From: Botryllus schlosseri
Taxonomy: Eukaryota
Assembly (NCBI GenBank): GCA_051294905.1
Contig: CM119373.1
Span: 7,998,001-8,062,000 of the forward strand
Direction: 5' to 3'
Length of the DNA stretch: 64,000 nucleotides
The notes beneath the pieces are model-generated. The model saw only the letters and a list, made by a program, of their open reading frames with translations, was not told the origin of the DNA and did not search any database. The translations under genes and the position numbers were made by a program. Numbering within the stretch: position 1 is the stretch's first letter; the number at the start of each line of letters is the position of its first letter. Below are positions 1 to 10,384 of the stretch, piece after piece.

Positions 1-74
1 TACTATTATAGCAAACAGGAATTGACATTACAATAATCAACCACTGTTCACCAACCTCGTTCTTACTTTCAAAG

Positions 75-1420
75 TCATTGGTACCTTGTCGGTGCAATGG
101 TGCAATATTTCTCTAAATTATTTTTTAAATGATCTGCACACCTGACATGACGAGCCGACGGGAAACAGTTCTTAAATGCAGAGTGGATCGCAACCTCGTC
201 ATCTGTTCCATACCTCAGGAATCGGTGATCTTTCAAAGAGTTCGCAGATGAGAAAAAAATGTGAAACTTCTTATTCTTGAATTTGAATGAACTAATATTG
301 AACCTGGGAAAATTGGATGACATTGCGCGTCTGTTTTAATAATCGATAAATTCTTATATACAGTTGCCATAACATAGACATCTTTATCTAAATTATAAGT
401 CGATTGTCGATTCCAAGTACTGTATGCCCTGGCGCACAAAATCGCTTGACGTTTTAAATCTGTTCTTTAATATATAATATTATCGAAACAGATTCTGTCT
501 TACTGGATCTAACATCGTGAACAAATGGATGGCTAAATACCATGCCCAATACTGATTGTAGTCATCTGCCAGTGATTTATTTGAAGTAACGCTGTTACTT
601 TTCCTGTAGTTATAAATTTGCTGTAAATTCTTTGGCCCATCTAATAAATCATTCCTACTCTCGCATAATAATTTGGTTTATCTTTTTTTGGGTGGCAATC
701 GGTCCGAAGTTGATTTCAGATGGTCCCGTACTTCATTCTATGTTCGAACATATATACCTCTGGATTTTGAATTGCCCTGCTTTTTGTACCCTGGAAATTT
801 CCCAGTATATTCTGCTATTGCACAGACACCCTCAATCCGCGATATCCTTCTCCCGTTTGTGTTGTTTGCTATAAGGTTTGTATATTAGCTAGTGATTCCG
901 ATTATGTCATCGTGAGCCAAATTTTTAATAGGAGTGAAGTTCGGTTGACCGCCAATTTTTTTTTTATTCTACCAAAAATTCCTTCAAGTTTATGAATAGG
1001 TGGCGAGATAGCGCAGCGGTATAATCCACGGCTGCAACTCCAATGGGCGCGGGTTCGAGTCCGACTGAGGTCGACTTCCGATACCTAAGTGTTGGAGGTT
1101 TACCTAGGCTCCTCCTCGCCACCTCATCCGCGTCAGCGGTGTCTTACAAAAGCCTAGAGGTGGGCCGTGCTATAAGTCGGCAGTTACGCAAGAAGAATAT
1201 CGGCCTGATGTAAATGACCATAGTAGTCGACAAACACCATGAATACCCTAAAACAAACAAACTTTTATGAATGTTTTCCTTGTTTTTCTTCAAATAATAA
1301 TTGTAGGTTAAAGTACATTTTCCCAAGCCCCACAGTCATCAGTAAAATTCCTTTCAAGTCCATAAACTTTGCATTGTTTGTTGTCTTTGAAGGAGACATA
1401 CATATATACATCTTACATAA
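75..1420 (-). pseudogene. Degenerate Mutator/MULE transposase relic (same family as the 35-44 kb element), interrupted by a SINE
   Basis: Frameshifted minus-strand fragments TYNLDKDVYVMATVYKNLSII..HPIFPG, YGTDDEVAIHSAFKNCFPSARHVRCADHLKNN (MULE D and CxxH motifs), AIAEYTGKFPG..GIYVRT (~680-800) and NFTDDCGAWEN (~1330) align by eye with DKTYNLGKIYATVMVFKNLSII, IGTDDERAM, IALYEYMGVFPG..GIYMK and FIDDCGAWCEH of the 35291..37861 ORF, in the same order. Confidence 0.85.
1001..1190 (+). mobile_element. tRNA-derived SINE inserted in the MULE relic
   Basis: Pol III A-box-like TGGCGAGATAGCGCAGCGG (1001-1019) and B-box GGTTCGAGTCC (1052-1062) followed by a GC-rich non-tRNA body; no complete cloverleaf; 3' boundary approximate. 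Confidence 0.7.
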
Positions 1421-1499
1421 TATATGCATCTTACATAACATAAACGTTAATTTAGAGGATGAATTATGCAACTAACCTACAATGCGTGGTTACGATGGA

Positions 1500-1955
1500 C
1501 ATCCCATCTCGATTACGGTTAACAATAGAACCACGCCAAGTTAATATTGCGTATATCCATTGCATACGTAACGACACTTGAATGGTGCTCCTGGACTGTA
1601 TTCCAAGCTCCTCTTTTCTTTCAGATGCGATCTGGACCGCGTTTGCGACGAGCACGCCACATTGGCCAACAGGCGGCTGAGGCCCGACCTCATCCTAGCG
1701 GATCGTTGGCGGGTCTTGGTCATCGATGGGGTGTGCCTCTTCGAGAATGGAGTAGCCAGCATGGACGCTGCCGTTGCGCTGAAACACGCAAAGTACAAGG
1801 ACCTCTGTGAGTCTCTCCGCCTTTTCGTAATTTCGCAGGTTACAAGGTGTCTCCATCACTCTCAGAATCAAGTATGCGTAGCGGTCGGCGGCCGCGAACA
1901 TTTGTATCCGAAGCGGTGTCACATCTTGGCACACGGGAACACTGTATTATAATTA
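1500..1955 (+). pseudogene. 3' fragment of an RLE-type (R2/NeSL/Utopia-like) non-LTR retrotransposon: restriction-like endonuclease domain
   Basis: ORF 1578..1952 contains LRPDLILADRWRVLVIDGVCLFENG...ALKHAKYKDL, i.e. the PD-x12-D catalytic pattern plus CPFENG-like and KxxKY motifs typical of NeSL-type RLE domains; no RT visible. Confidence 0.75.
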
Positions 1956-2123
1956 TAGAAATCAAAACATACGTTAATGTGACTAGCATACTGTGAACAG
2001 CTGAAAGAAAAACGCGCGAGCGTGATTGCGTATGCCTATTACGCACCGGTGAGTTAAACCACGTACAGTCGCATTATTATATTCCTGATAAAATGTGCGG
2101 CTTAGTTGTCCCGTGTAATAGTA

Positions 2124-3720
2124 CTATGATAATAACCCAACGATACGTGACTGCATCAATATGACTGACCCGGCCGGTGGATGAAAAGCGGGATTTGAGG
2201 GCACATGCGTTGGTCTAGCGTCGTTCAACCACCCGTCGCTAATAACCCGCAGATTCTCCTCATCCATCATGTTATTGAGGCACTGCTGGTAGTCAGATAC
2301 AGTGCGAAACTGATCAGCACATAAGTCTTGTTCTAAATCCGGCATTTCTTCGCTGGCAAGTTTGTTAACGAGGCTGTCTAGTATGAGCTCGCACGTTGCG
2401 CTACAAATTGACCGCCTTCTGGTACGCGGGACGAATTCTGCAGCAAATTCCAAACTATAAAACGCCGTCCCACGCCTCGCGCTGTTCCCCGCACTCGACC
2501 AGTAGTGCGAAGGGTTCTACCAATTTTTTCTATCAAGTTGTAAAATTATACCATAACTGTAAATGCTTTCCACAATTACCAACCGGTTCGACCCGTGGGT
2601 TTTGGCCGACCATGACGCATGAAACATTTGCTTAACGGCCGCCATCATGCCAGAATGACCCCAAAATGACCGGCCTGCGTCATCGCTTTTCAACACACGA
2701 GAGTGCGCGCGAGCCCATGTGTAATTGACCCACACCCGAGGCGTCGTGTGGAAGTAGACTAGAAATACGCGGCGGAAATAAAATATCGCATAGTAAGGTT
2801 TTTCCCGCCTCGGGCGTACCCTTAAATATTATATGAGAAGCAAACGTTACGCCATTACCGCGAGCCTCGATGACAGCGCACAAGAGACATGCCATGGTCT
2901 GCGACCGATTTAGAGTTTGTCCCGTATACGTAGCGCACACAACCCGATGATCTATAATATCGTTAATCATCTGGACGCCCTCCGCCACCGTTGTAGTGGT
3001 CGCGCGAAGGCGAAGCCTCCACGCCAATGGAGCACGGTGGTGTCGAACGCCAAACAGTCTGCGGCCACTAGTGGAAGCTCCTGTTCACGAGAGGCTGACA
3101 CCGTGTAGCCTCTCTTGTCTGTGAGATGAAATTCCCATTCGCCAAACGGTGGCTTCTCTTCGAATTCGATGTAACCCTGGCTGACGGCATGGAGCTGTGT
3201 GGTCCAGGGTGAAGCGCGTCTGGCTCCGACGATACGCGCCATTCCAGATGGCATTTCTGCATCCGTTCGACTGAACCTGTCAACACGTGTATGCATCGCT
3301 GGTATTGAAACATAGTCTACTACATCGCAATAATGACTGACATTAGGTTGACGTGCGCTATAACGTCCTCGGTCGCTGTCACGTGGTTGTTCATCACATG
3401 AATGTTGGCGCGGACCAACATTGTCCGTACCTGCTTTGCCGTATAGACTTGACGAGCGCGGTCCAGCTACAACTTTATATTATATTGGTCTGGCATGACG
3501 TTAGAGTAGTTCAGTTCTTACCAGAGGCGGTAAGATTAACCCGAGATGTACGTCCATGTCGTAGAGTGGATGGAGTAGATGCCGCGAAAATCTTAGCACG
3601 TCCGTTATGGTCCCACACAGATACTTGAACTCACGCCGACTGGCTACGAAATGCCAATCATGCAGAAACCTTATCGTCAGTAGCAGATACATTCAATACG
3701 GCTGACAAGTTGTTCGCATA
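2124..3720 (-). pseudogene. SF3 (AAA+) helicase-encoding ORF of virus-like origin, copy 1 (frameshifted)
   Basis: Walker A GTPEAGKT (2797-2820), Walker B VLKSDD, B'-like KQMF..SAKT, and EPFALLVECGEQREAWD(R)RFIV arginine-finger region after frameshift; collinear with copy 2 at 31-32.5 kb; N-terminal limit approximate. Confidence 0.8.
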
Positions 3721-4529
3721 TTGTCGCATATAGAAAAACTCGTTTGCCATGGCTATCACAGCTAATCAGAATTATTAAAGAACGTATGAGAGAACGAGAT
3801 CTTATTATATGCGCCCTACACGTGTTGCAATTCTTTATTGAATCGCTCTAATTGCAAACCCGCTAAATGTTACCCACCACGAGTGTGAAGGTGCGGGCTA
3901 ATCATTGATCTTGCGGTATGGATGAAGCAATTGGTGTTGCCAACCGTAGTCTAATATATAGGAGCAATCTTGTGTCCCGTATTGCCTGGCTCTATCTAGT
4001 AAATAGCAAATAATCGTACGCATCTCAACACAATCATTAAATTCGCTTGTACGATGCATAATAAGTATGCGTAAAAGTTACGGGACATTATTGCTATGTA
4101 TATGGAACACGGTTCCTGTAACGGTTATACGAAATGATATTGAAAATATGTCGGTCGATGTCCGTTCGATTAGCCAGCAACAAATTCTAGTCCGTATTTT
4201 GGTTTCGATACTATTTTGCGATGCGGGATGTTGTAAACCGGGTCGGTCGCATTGTAACATTCCAAACATGTAGGCCTAACATATTTCGGAATCGGGCATG
4301 GATGGCACATATACCAAATGAGAAAAGTTAGTTTAGCAAGACTGAGAACAGCCTATTTCGCTATTTCGGCTGTAAACTTTGAGGATACGACTAATAAAGA
4401 TACTCACTTTCGTTCAACTCCCGATTTACACACGTTATACTTAAAATTAGAGGTATTGACTGAGAAGATGAACAATAAAAATTTTGTCGTCACTTTCGTT
4501 CGGACATCCCCGTCTTCGTTCGTTACAGT

Positions 4530-4904
4530 TAGGGTTGGTTACCTACCTTATTTCGGAAATCTAAAAAGAGGACACTTTCAGGAATTTGAGACTTGCAAAA
4601 CCGGAGACTCATTCTCAAAAATCAGTGAATTTTTCTCGCATTTTGGTCGGATGACTAAAAAAAAAGAAAAGGTCAACTTTTCGCTCAGAGTTCAAATCAC
4701 CGTTATTCGCTCCGAAATACCCGTCGGACTGTCACTTCTGTGTTAATTTACGGCATATCAGCCGCATTTGTCTCTAAATATGACCTAAATTTTCAAAAAA
4801 GAGGACAAAATCTCAAAAATGAGGACAAAAGGGCGTCCTCCGAGGACACTTTCAAAAACTCATAAAAGAGGACAAATCCTCTTAAAAGAGGACGTATGGT
4901 AACC
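4530..4904. mobile_element. hAT MITE, TAGGGTTACC/GAGGACA family, copy 1 (right end abutted by another element)
   Basis: Starts TAGGGTTGGTTACC, ends GGACGTATGGTAACC, GAGGACA subterminal repeats; homologous to 13577..14063 and 21156..21491. Confidence 0.8.
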
Positions 4905-5060
4905 AGACATGGGGTGACTGCTTCATGAATGTAATCGATTGCGATTACGATTACTTCCGAATGACGCGATTACGATTACGATTACAGCAAAATCAGGAAG
5001 TAGTCGATTACGATTACATGGAAAAGTAATCACGATTAGATTTATGCGATTACGATTAAG
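4904..5060. repeat. Truncated MITE end with (CGATTA)n subterminal array
   Basis: CAGACATGGG followed by multiple GATTAC/CGATTA units; matching opposite end not found. Confidence 0.55.
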
Positions 5061-5492
5061 TTATATTGGAAGGCAACATATGGATTGCGCTGAAAAGACC
5101 TAATGAGATAACGAACTTCCTTTAAAAAGATACGTCATTTGCTTGTTACGTCATAATGTACCCATTGCCCATTTTTTATAGAGGATTTATCGCACCCAAC
5201 CAATTTCTTTCTTGCCAGGTCCATGACTGCCGCACCGGGAAGCGAGCTCTAGGGGACTCAAAGAGTATTATTTCGTAAACCCGCATAAATTATAGAGTAT
5301 TCTCGAAAGATTTAATTACCTTGAAAATTCTCTCTATATGGATAAGCTTGGTTTTGGAATGCATACGTTTCCACCTCAACAAAAAAGCATACATAATTTA
5401 TAGTAGGCATATTCAAAACAAATGGTTGTTTAAAGCACATTGTTTGAAACTTCAGTTTTTTAAAAAGGCCTGAAAAAAACTAAATGTGTTTT

Positions 5493-5548
5493 TCAAGTTG
5501 TAAAATTATACCATAACTGTAAATGCTTTCCACAATTACCAACCGGTT
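5493..5548. repeat. 56-bp exact copy of helicase-ORF sequence 2533..2588
   Basis: TCAAGTTGTAAAATTATACC...CCAACCGGTT is identical at both places. Confidence 0.95.
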
Positions 5549-5774
5549 TGGCCGACGTAAATCGATATGAGATGGTTGGAACCCCTCAACTTAGTCCGTT
5601 CAACAGTTATAGTACAGACATTTCGTCAAAGGAGCTATGTATGCTATAATTTCAATTGTCAATGTCAATCCACATTGGCAACGTCAGGGCTTGAAAAAAA
5701 CATGCTTTAAACAAGGGCATGTTGTAAACATGCTCGCTTCAAAATTGTTTTCGTTTCAAATGCAACGATAATTA

Positions 5775-6062
5775 CTAGCAATAGACATTTAGGTTCCAGT
5801 CAATACCGTGCCACCACGCACCAAAAGACATATGCAATTTCGACCAACACGCGACTTCACGAAGTGTGCTACTAAAGAAAGACCTTGGCCGAAACTTAGG
5901 GTATGTGTCCATTGGCAATAGCCACGCTGGGTGGGTGTGACTGATAATCCAGATCCGTGCCCACAATGCAAATGCCACCCGGACACCCACAGAGTAATAA
6001 AGACATGGCAATTTGTGTGTGCGCCTCACGAATTTGGCGTAGGTTAAAGTCGACGGGGTCAT
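5775..6062 (-). CDS. Orphan ORF (95 aa), unknown product
   Basis: ATG-started open frame in a CpG-rich segment; no recognised motif. Confidence 0.25.
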   Translation of the reverse strand: MTPSTLTYAKFVRRTHKLPCLYYSVGVRVAFALWARIWIISHTHPAWLLPMDTYPKFRPRSFFSSTLREVACWSKLHMSFGAWWHGIDWNLNVYC

Positions 6063-6527
6063 GAATTTTCAAGAATCATTGCCGACAGTTAGGGCCACGG
6101 GAGTCGTGGTTTCGCTTCTAGTTGTGGCACGCATTTTGTAAATGTGTCGTCATTCCTTTACCTGTCCTTATTAACAAATCAATATTTGGACTGTTATCAC
6201 ACTGCGCGTTCTAGGATCTATCTAACCGAACTTGGTTAAGCTCGTTTAGTAGCGGTCACCCCCGAAGAGGTTCTGTCAAAAGCTTTGAGTGGAACAAATT
6301 TGCAATATGAACGTTTTGGTAATTCAATTGAATGTTTCGTTTTCAAACGAAACAGCATAGGTTTGCCACGCCAGTGATACGTGTTTCTCGTCCTGGGGAT
6401 CGAGACCGGAATACTTACGGCTCGCGTATCATAACATCCGTTATTTTTTGACAGGCTCCACGTAGCGCAAAATAGCGACTGCGCCTGAAACCCGCGGCCC
6501 CGCAGCCAGATTGTCTCCTGTCAACTA

Positions 6528-6850
6528 TTGCCAGTCACGATCAATACGACGCCGGATACTTCTAAGCCGGAGACGACGCCTTTCAATACGACGCCGGATA
6601 CATCTAAGCCGGAGACGACGCCTTACGTTCCCGACACCGTCATACTGCAGTGGTTAATCGCCTTATCGCAGCATTCCGTCGGGACTATCCGTGGTTGGCA
6701 CTGCACGAAGAGCTAGGAACATTCAACGGTCATCCAACCGCTCCCAACCTGCGACGACCGATGGATTCAATGATCCGCGACTTAATGCAGGGACCGCCAG
6801 ACGCGCTGGACGCAAACAACAGCGTTCCTTTCACTACTTTTGACGTGTAA
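6528..6850 (+). pseudogene. Orphan frameshifted ORF with an in-frame 42-bp duplication
   Basis: 6541-6624 holds two 42-bp units encoding NTTPDTSKPETTPF/Y; reading continues in the overlapping frame 6650..6850. Confidence 0.35.
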
Positions 6851-7182
6851 ATAAGCGCAAACACACCCGTCTGGTGTGAACAATTGAATTCATAGAACAG
6901 CCGGACGGACGGACAACAAGGACGCTCCAAAATAAATATATTGGTTATATGACTTGCACAGGTACATTATAGAGTAGGTGGTCAGAATACAAATATCATT
7001 TTCTAAATTACCTGGTTAACACTAGGACGATCACGGCTTTTTTGACGCATTTTAATTTTTGAAGAGCTGGCATTCAGTCATATCTTAGCTGTTCGGCTGA
7101 AACTTGGACTTTATTTGATTGACGTACGTTTATTTCTTTTATGTAGGCCATCTTACCTATGATTTTCATCAATCATCTAGTA

Positions 7183-7260
7183 CAGTGGTTCTCGACCTTT
7201 TTCGCGTCCCGGACCGGTAAAATTTCAAAAAATGTCTGGCGGACCGGTGAACTTTCAAAA
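7183..7260. mobile_element. Truncated hAT MITE left end
   Basis: CAGTGGTTCTCGACC terminus followed by CGGACCGG motifs; partner end not found. Confidence 0.6.
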
Positions 7261-7558
7261 TTGAAATGAGGCCAATATGTAAAGTATGCAACCGTTTTTT
7301 TGCAATTGTATGGTGCTATAGAGTGAAATATAGAGAGTTTTGATCGTAGTTAATTATATTCACGATGGCATCCATGTGATTTTATGGTAGTGAGTCTTCC
7401 GAGTCGAGGTAAAATTGCCTTGCCAGATAAACGTGCTACCGCTGAGATTCGTTTACAGTCTTTCGCGCCGAAGGCCGTGGGATCCACGTCAACTCCAATA
7501 ATATTCTTCTCTTTGATAATATCGAGAGAAGAAGCGCATCGGAGTCGAACCAAGCATC

Positions 7559-8655
7559 TTGTCGTGCTACCTTGCTCATACCCACTCCCACCAGACGAAG
7601 GCTACTCTGCCAACTACGAATACAATGCGTGCCGCAAGAAAACACATTACAGCAGCTATACCGGCCATCCACAAATACGGGCCGAGAAGCACTTCTTCAG
7701 CCCACCCCTATAAACGTTGGTCTTGGGACCCCTACAGGGCGATAAGCCAAACTTCCGGGGTATTTATCATCAGCCTAATTGAAGGCTACATGCATAAAAA
7801 GTATTTTTCCCCGCACTTTTTCATAGAAGGTAAAAATCACACAGGGAAAGAGGTATTGATTGATTTGTTGCTATCCGATGAAATAGCTAATTTCATAGAA
7901 CCTTTTCATTCGAATTTAGAGGCGTTCAAATACCATGATGCTTCGAAATCCATTTGCGATTCGTAATTGTGGGAATCTGTTTTCATGAACAAGATGTTGC
8001 AGGAGGCGATTATGTACGTTCATCGCAGTCCATTGCAGTGTAATTACGGACGCGTAAATCCGTCTTCGTTTTGGCTCGTATCCGAAATTCAGAATGGAAG
8101 CGATGTCATGCTTAATAGCCTCGATCGGATGTTTCAATTCAGTAGCGTGATTATCCGTTTCGGTAATCAGTCTTATGCCTCGTATTTGCCTGAGATGAGT
8201 AGGCATGCTCGCCGTAGAATTATTCATGATATTTTTTCTCGCACATTCATACCGTCAGATTCGGAATTCGATCATGATGCCTCTTATGTTGATGACGATG
8301 TGCATGCATGTGAATTGTATAGCAAATTCGATGAGATTAAGCTGGAGCACAATGATTGTTATTACAATTGAATTTGTTTTCTCAGATTATTATGGATCCC
8401 TTTAGTTGCGGTAAAGATTTAAATATGCTGTTGCAGCAAGAATACGGCGCAGGAGACGCGAGGCGTAGCCGAGATGCCACGACGGCCACCTTCGAAGGTT
8501 TGATCGATGAAGATATCAAGAAAGGTGCCACTTGGAGAAAAATGGTCTCACTGGAAGGATACGGGGAATGGCAGAAATATTTTCTTGTTATCGCAAAAAA
8601 TGTCCTTAGGTATTTGCCCCTGACTCGGAGGAATTGCGTAACTTACCAAGTGTAA
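7559..8655 (+). pseudogene. Orphan ORFs immediately upstream of the polymerase relic
   Basis: 7559..7966 and 7967..8371 are one frame broken by a single stop; 8356..8655 follows, then the pPolB frame; no family recognised. Confidence 0.4.
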
Positions 8656-8739
8656 ATTGCGTCTGAGATATGAAATATCTTTATGAATGTATCGTTTATG
8701 TATTTATGAATGTATCGTTAATGTATTTTCAGAATATAG

Positions 8740-9790
8740 TATAAGATATATTGCTCGCCGAAGACGCTACGAAGAAGATGCCACATTCATCGTCGACGAT
8801 TCGCTCGGTTTCGACAACGACGCGACGGGGGTTATTCAATCCTACTACGATGCGATTATCGATTCCCAGTGGGTAAACGCTAGACCCAACCCAAGGACTG
8901 CAAAAGAGGTGATCAATGTACGCGTTCTTGCTAGAGAAATGAATGATATCCATACACGTATCGCATCCATATACCCGAGGAGATTTCGACAATTCAAATT
9001 GAACTTCGCATTCGGCTTTTTGCTGTACAATCGTGAGACGGAAAGATGCAGCTATTTTCATCCGCAAGCAAGCCGCGCGGTTTTGGATATCCTAAAAACA
9101 ATTCTCTCACGTGAACACTTTGACCATTTCGTCAGCGCGCTCGATTTATCAGCTGCTTACGAGCTCGCGAGACAAGCGAGGCCCGATACCAAGTTTTATT
9201 GCGTTTGCATACTACATATTCAATTTTTCTTGTACGAGATGACACGTGTTTTACTGGGCTGCCCCACATTAACCTCGATATCCAGCGAGGCATTTAAATG
9301 TCGCCATATTAGGACGTTTATTCAAGATAAGGGCCGTTTACTGAACGATTCGCTATGCCTTTTCCGTTGCGTATCATTTTCCATAAAGAAAAAAGAAGAC
9401 GAGACATGTCTCACAATTGGCCTCTCAATTGCATGCGCGATACAATTTGCCTATTAATAACGGCGTGCCCTTTGACGAATTATCGAAAGTTGAGGAATGT
9501 TTTAACGTAAGGATACTTATTTATGAGAAGCATGATCATCAACCATCTCTGCTGCGGCAGTCCGAAGCAGGCGGGACAGCGGTTCTGATACACTTGGATA
9601 ATGGACACTTGTTTGATAACTAACATTGAAATTTATTCCGCCACGTTTTCTTGCGAATCGTGTAACTTTTTCTTTGCGAATAGGCGGAATTTGAACCGTC
9701 AACGTGCACGTCAATGCAAATTGGCCCAGTCTCGGAAATATGCGAGCGGTGTATATCGCACTAAACTCATCGTTTCAAACAATTGGAAAG
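8740..9790 (+). pseudogene. N-terminal portion of a Maverick/Polinton (adintovirus-like) protein-primed family-B DNA polymerase
   Basis: FKLNFAFGFLLYNRETERCSYFH, RPDTKF, LLG, DSLCLFRCV, GVPFDELSKVEECFNVRILIYE, FSCESCNFFFANRRNLNR..C..YASGVY occur in the order characteristic of the N-terminal region of animal Maverick pPolB; frameshifts at ~9420 and ~9610; exonuclease and polymerase motifs absent. Confidence 0.75.
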
Positions 9791-9800
9791 TATCCATACG

Positions 9801-10127
9801 GTATCCATGCGGCAATTATTCTGCGCCGCTATATACCTATAATTATATCTTCGGCGATTCGAAGCGCACATTTGATTTTGTAATTCCTAAAATTCCGAAT
9901 ATTACAAAATCCGAATTGCTCATAAGCTTGGAACCGTTTAAGTTTAAACACTTGAGTACCATAGAACTGAGTACTATAGAACTAACTTAAACGGTTCCAA
10001 GCTTATGAGCAATTCGGATTTTGTAATATTCGGAATTTTAGGAATTACAAAATCAAATGTGCGCTTCGAATCGCCGAAGATATAATTATAGGTATATAGC
10101 GGCGCAGAATAATTACCGTATGGATAC
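9801..10127. repeat. Long near-perfect inverted repeat (hairpin)
   Basis: 9814-9944 is the exact reverse complement of 9984-10114 (131 bp), extendable to 9801/10127 with 2 mismatches; the 39-nt loop holds a 15-bp tandem repeat (TGAGTACYATAGAAC x2). Confidence 0.97.
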
Positions 10128-10384
10128 ACTCACTCCCCTATTTACGACCATGCACATTAAAATGGTACGCCGCTGATACGATGTTGCAAATGTTCATGCA
10201 TCAGTAGGTCATAATCGTTTTGTATCTTTTAAAACGGATTATATTTTATATTAATATCCATTCCGCACTGAGAAGTTGCATCGAGAACTCGGAGCTGTTC
10301 GGACTGATGGAATAATTGTGTTATGAGTTAAGAATTCTAAATCGTAATAATCTATTACAGGATTCGTAATTTAAGAACTATAAT

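Noticed and set aside
1001-1075. Functional tRNA gene
   Set aside because: A and B boxes are present but acceptor and T stems do not pair; it continues into a SINE body
3400-3720. HUH/rolling-circle nuclease motifs in the helicase N-domain (RHLLH, YTAK)
   Set aside because: HLLH is not HUH spacing and YTAK is YTAG in copy 2; insufficient support
4318-4746. 142-aa ORF as a host gene
   Set aside because: Second half runs through MITE sequence; no domain or splice support
6385-6480. Reverse-strand SINE/tRNA head
   Set aside because: Only an imperfect B-box-like GGTCTCGATCCCC; no A box at the right spacing
7559-7966. Maverick adenain protease
   Set aside because: Only a chance FRGIY-like stretch in another frame; no His/Cys catalytic motifs found
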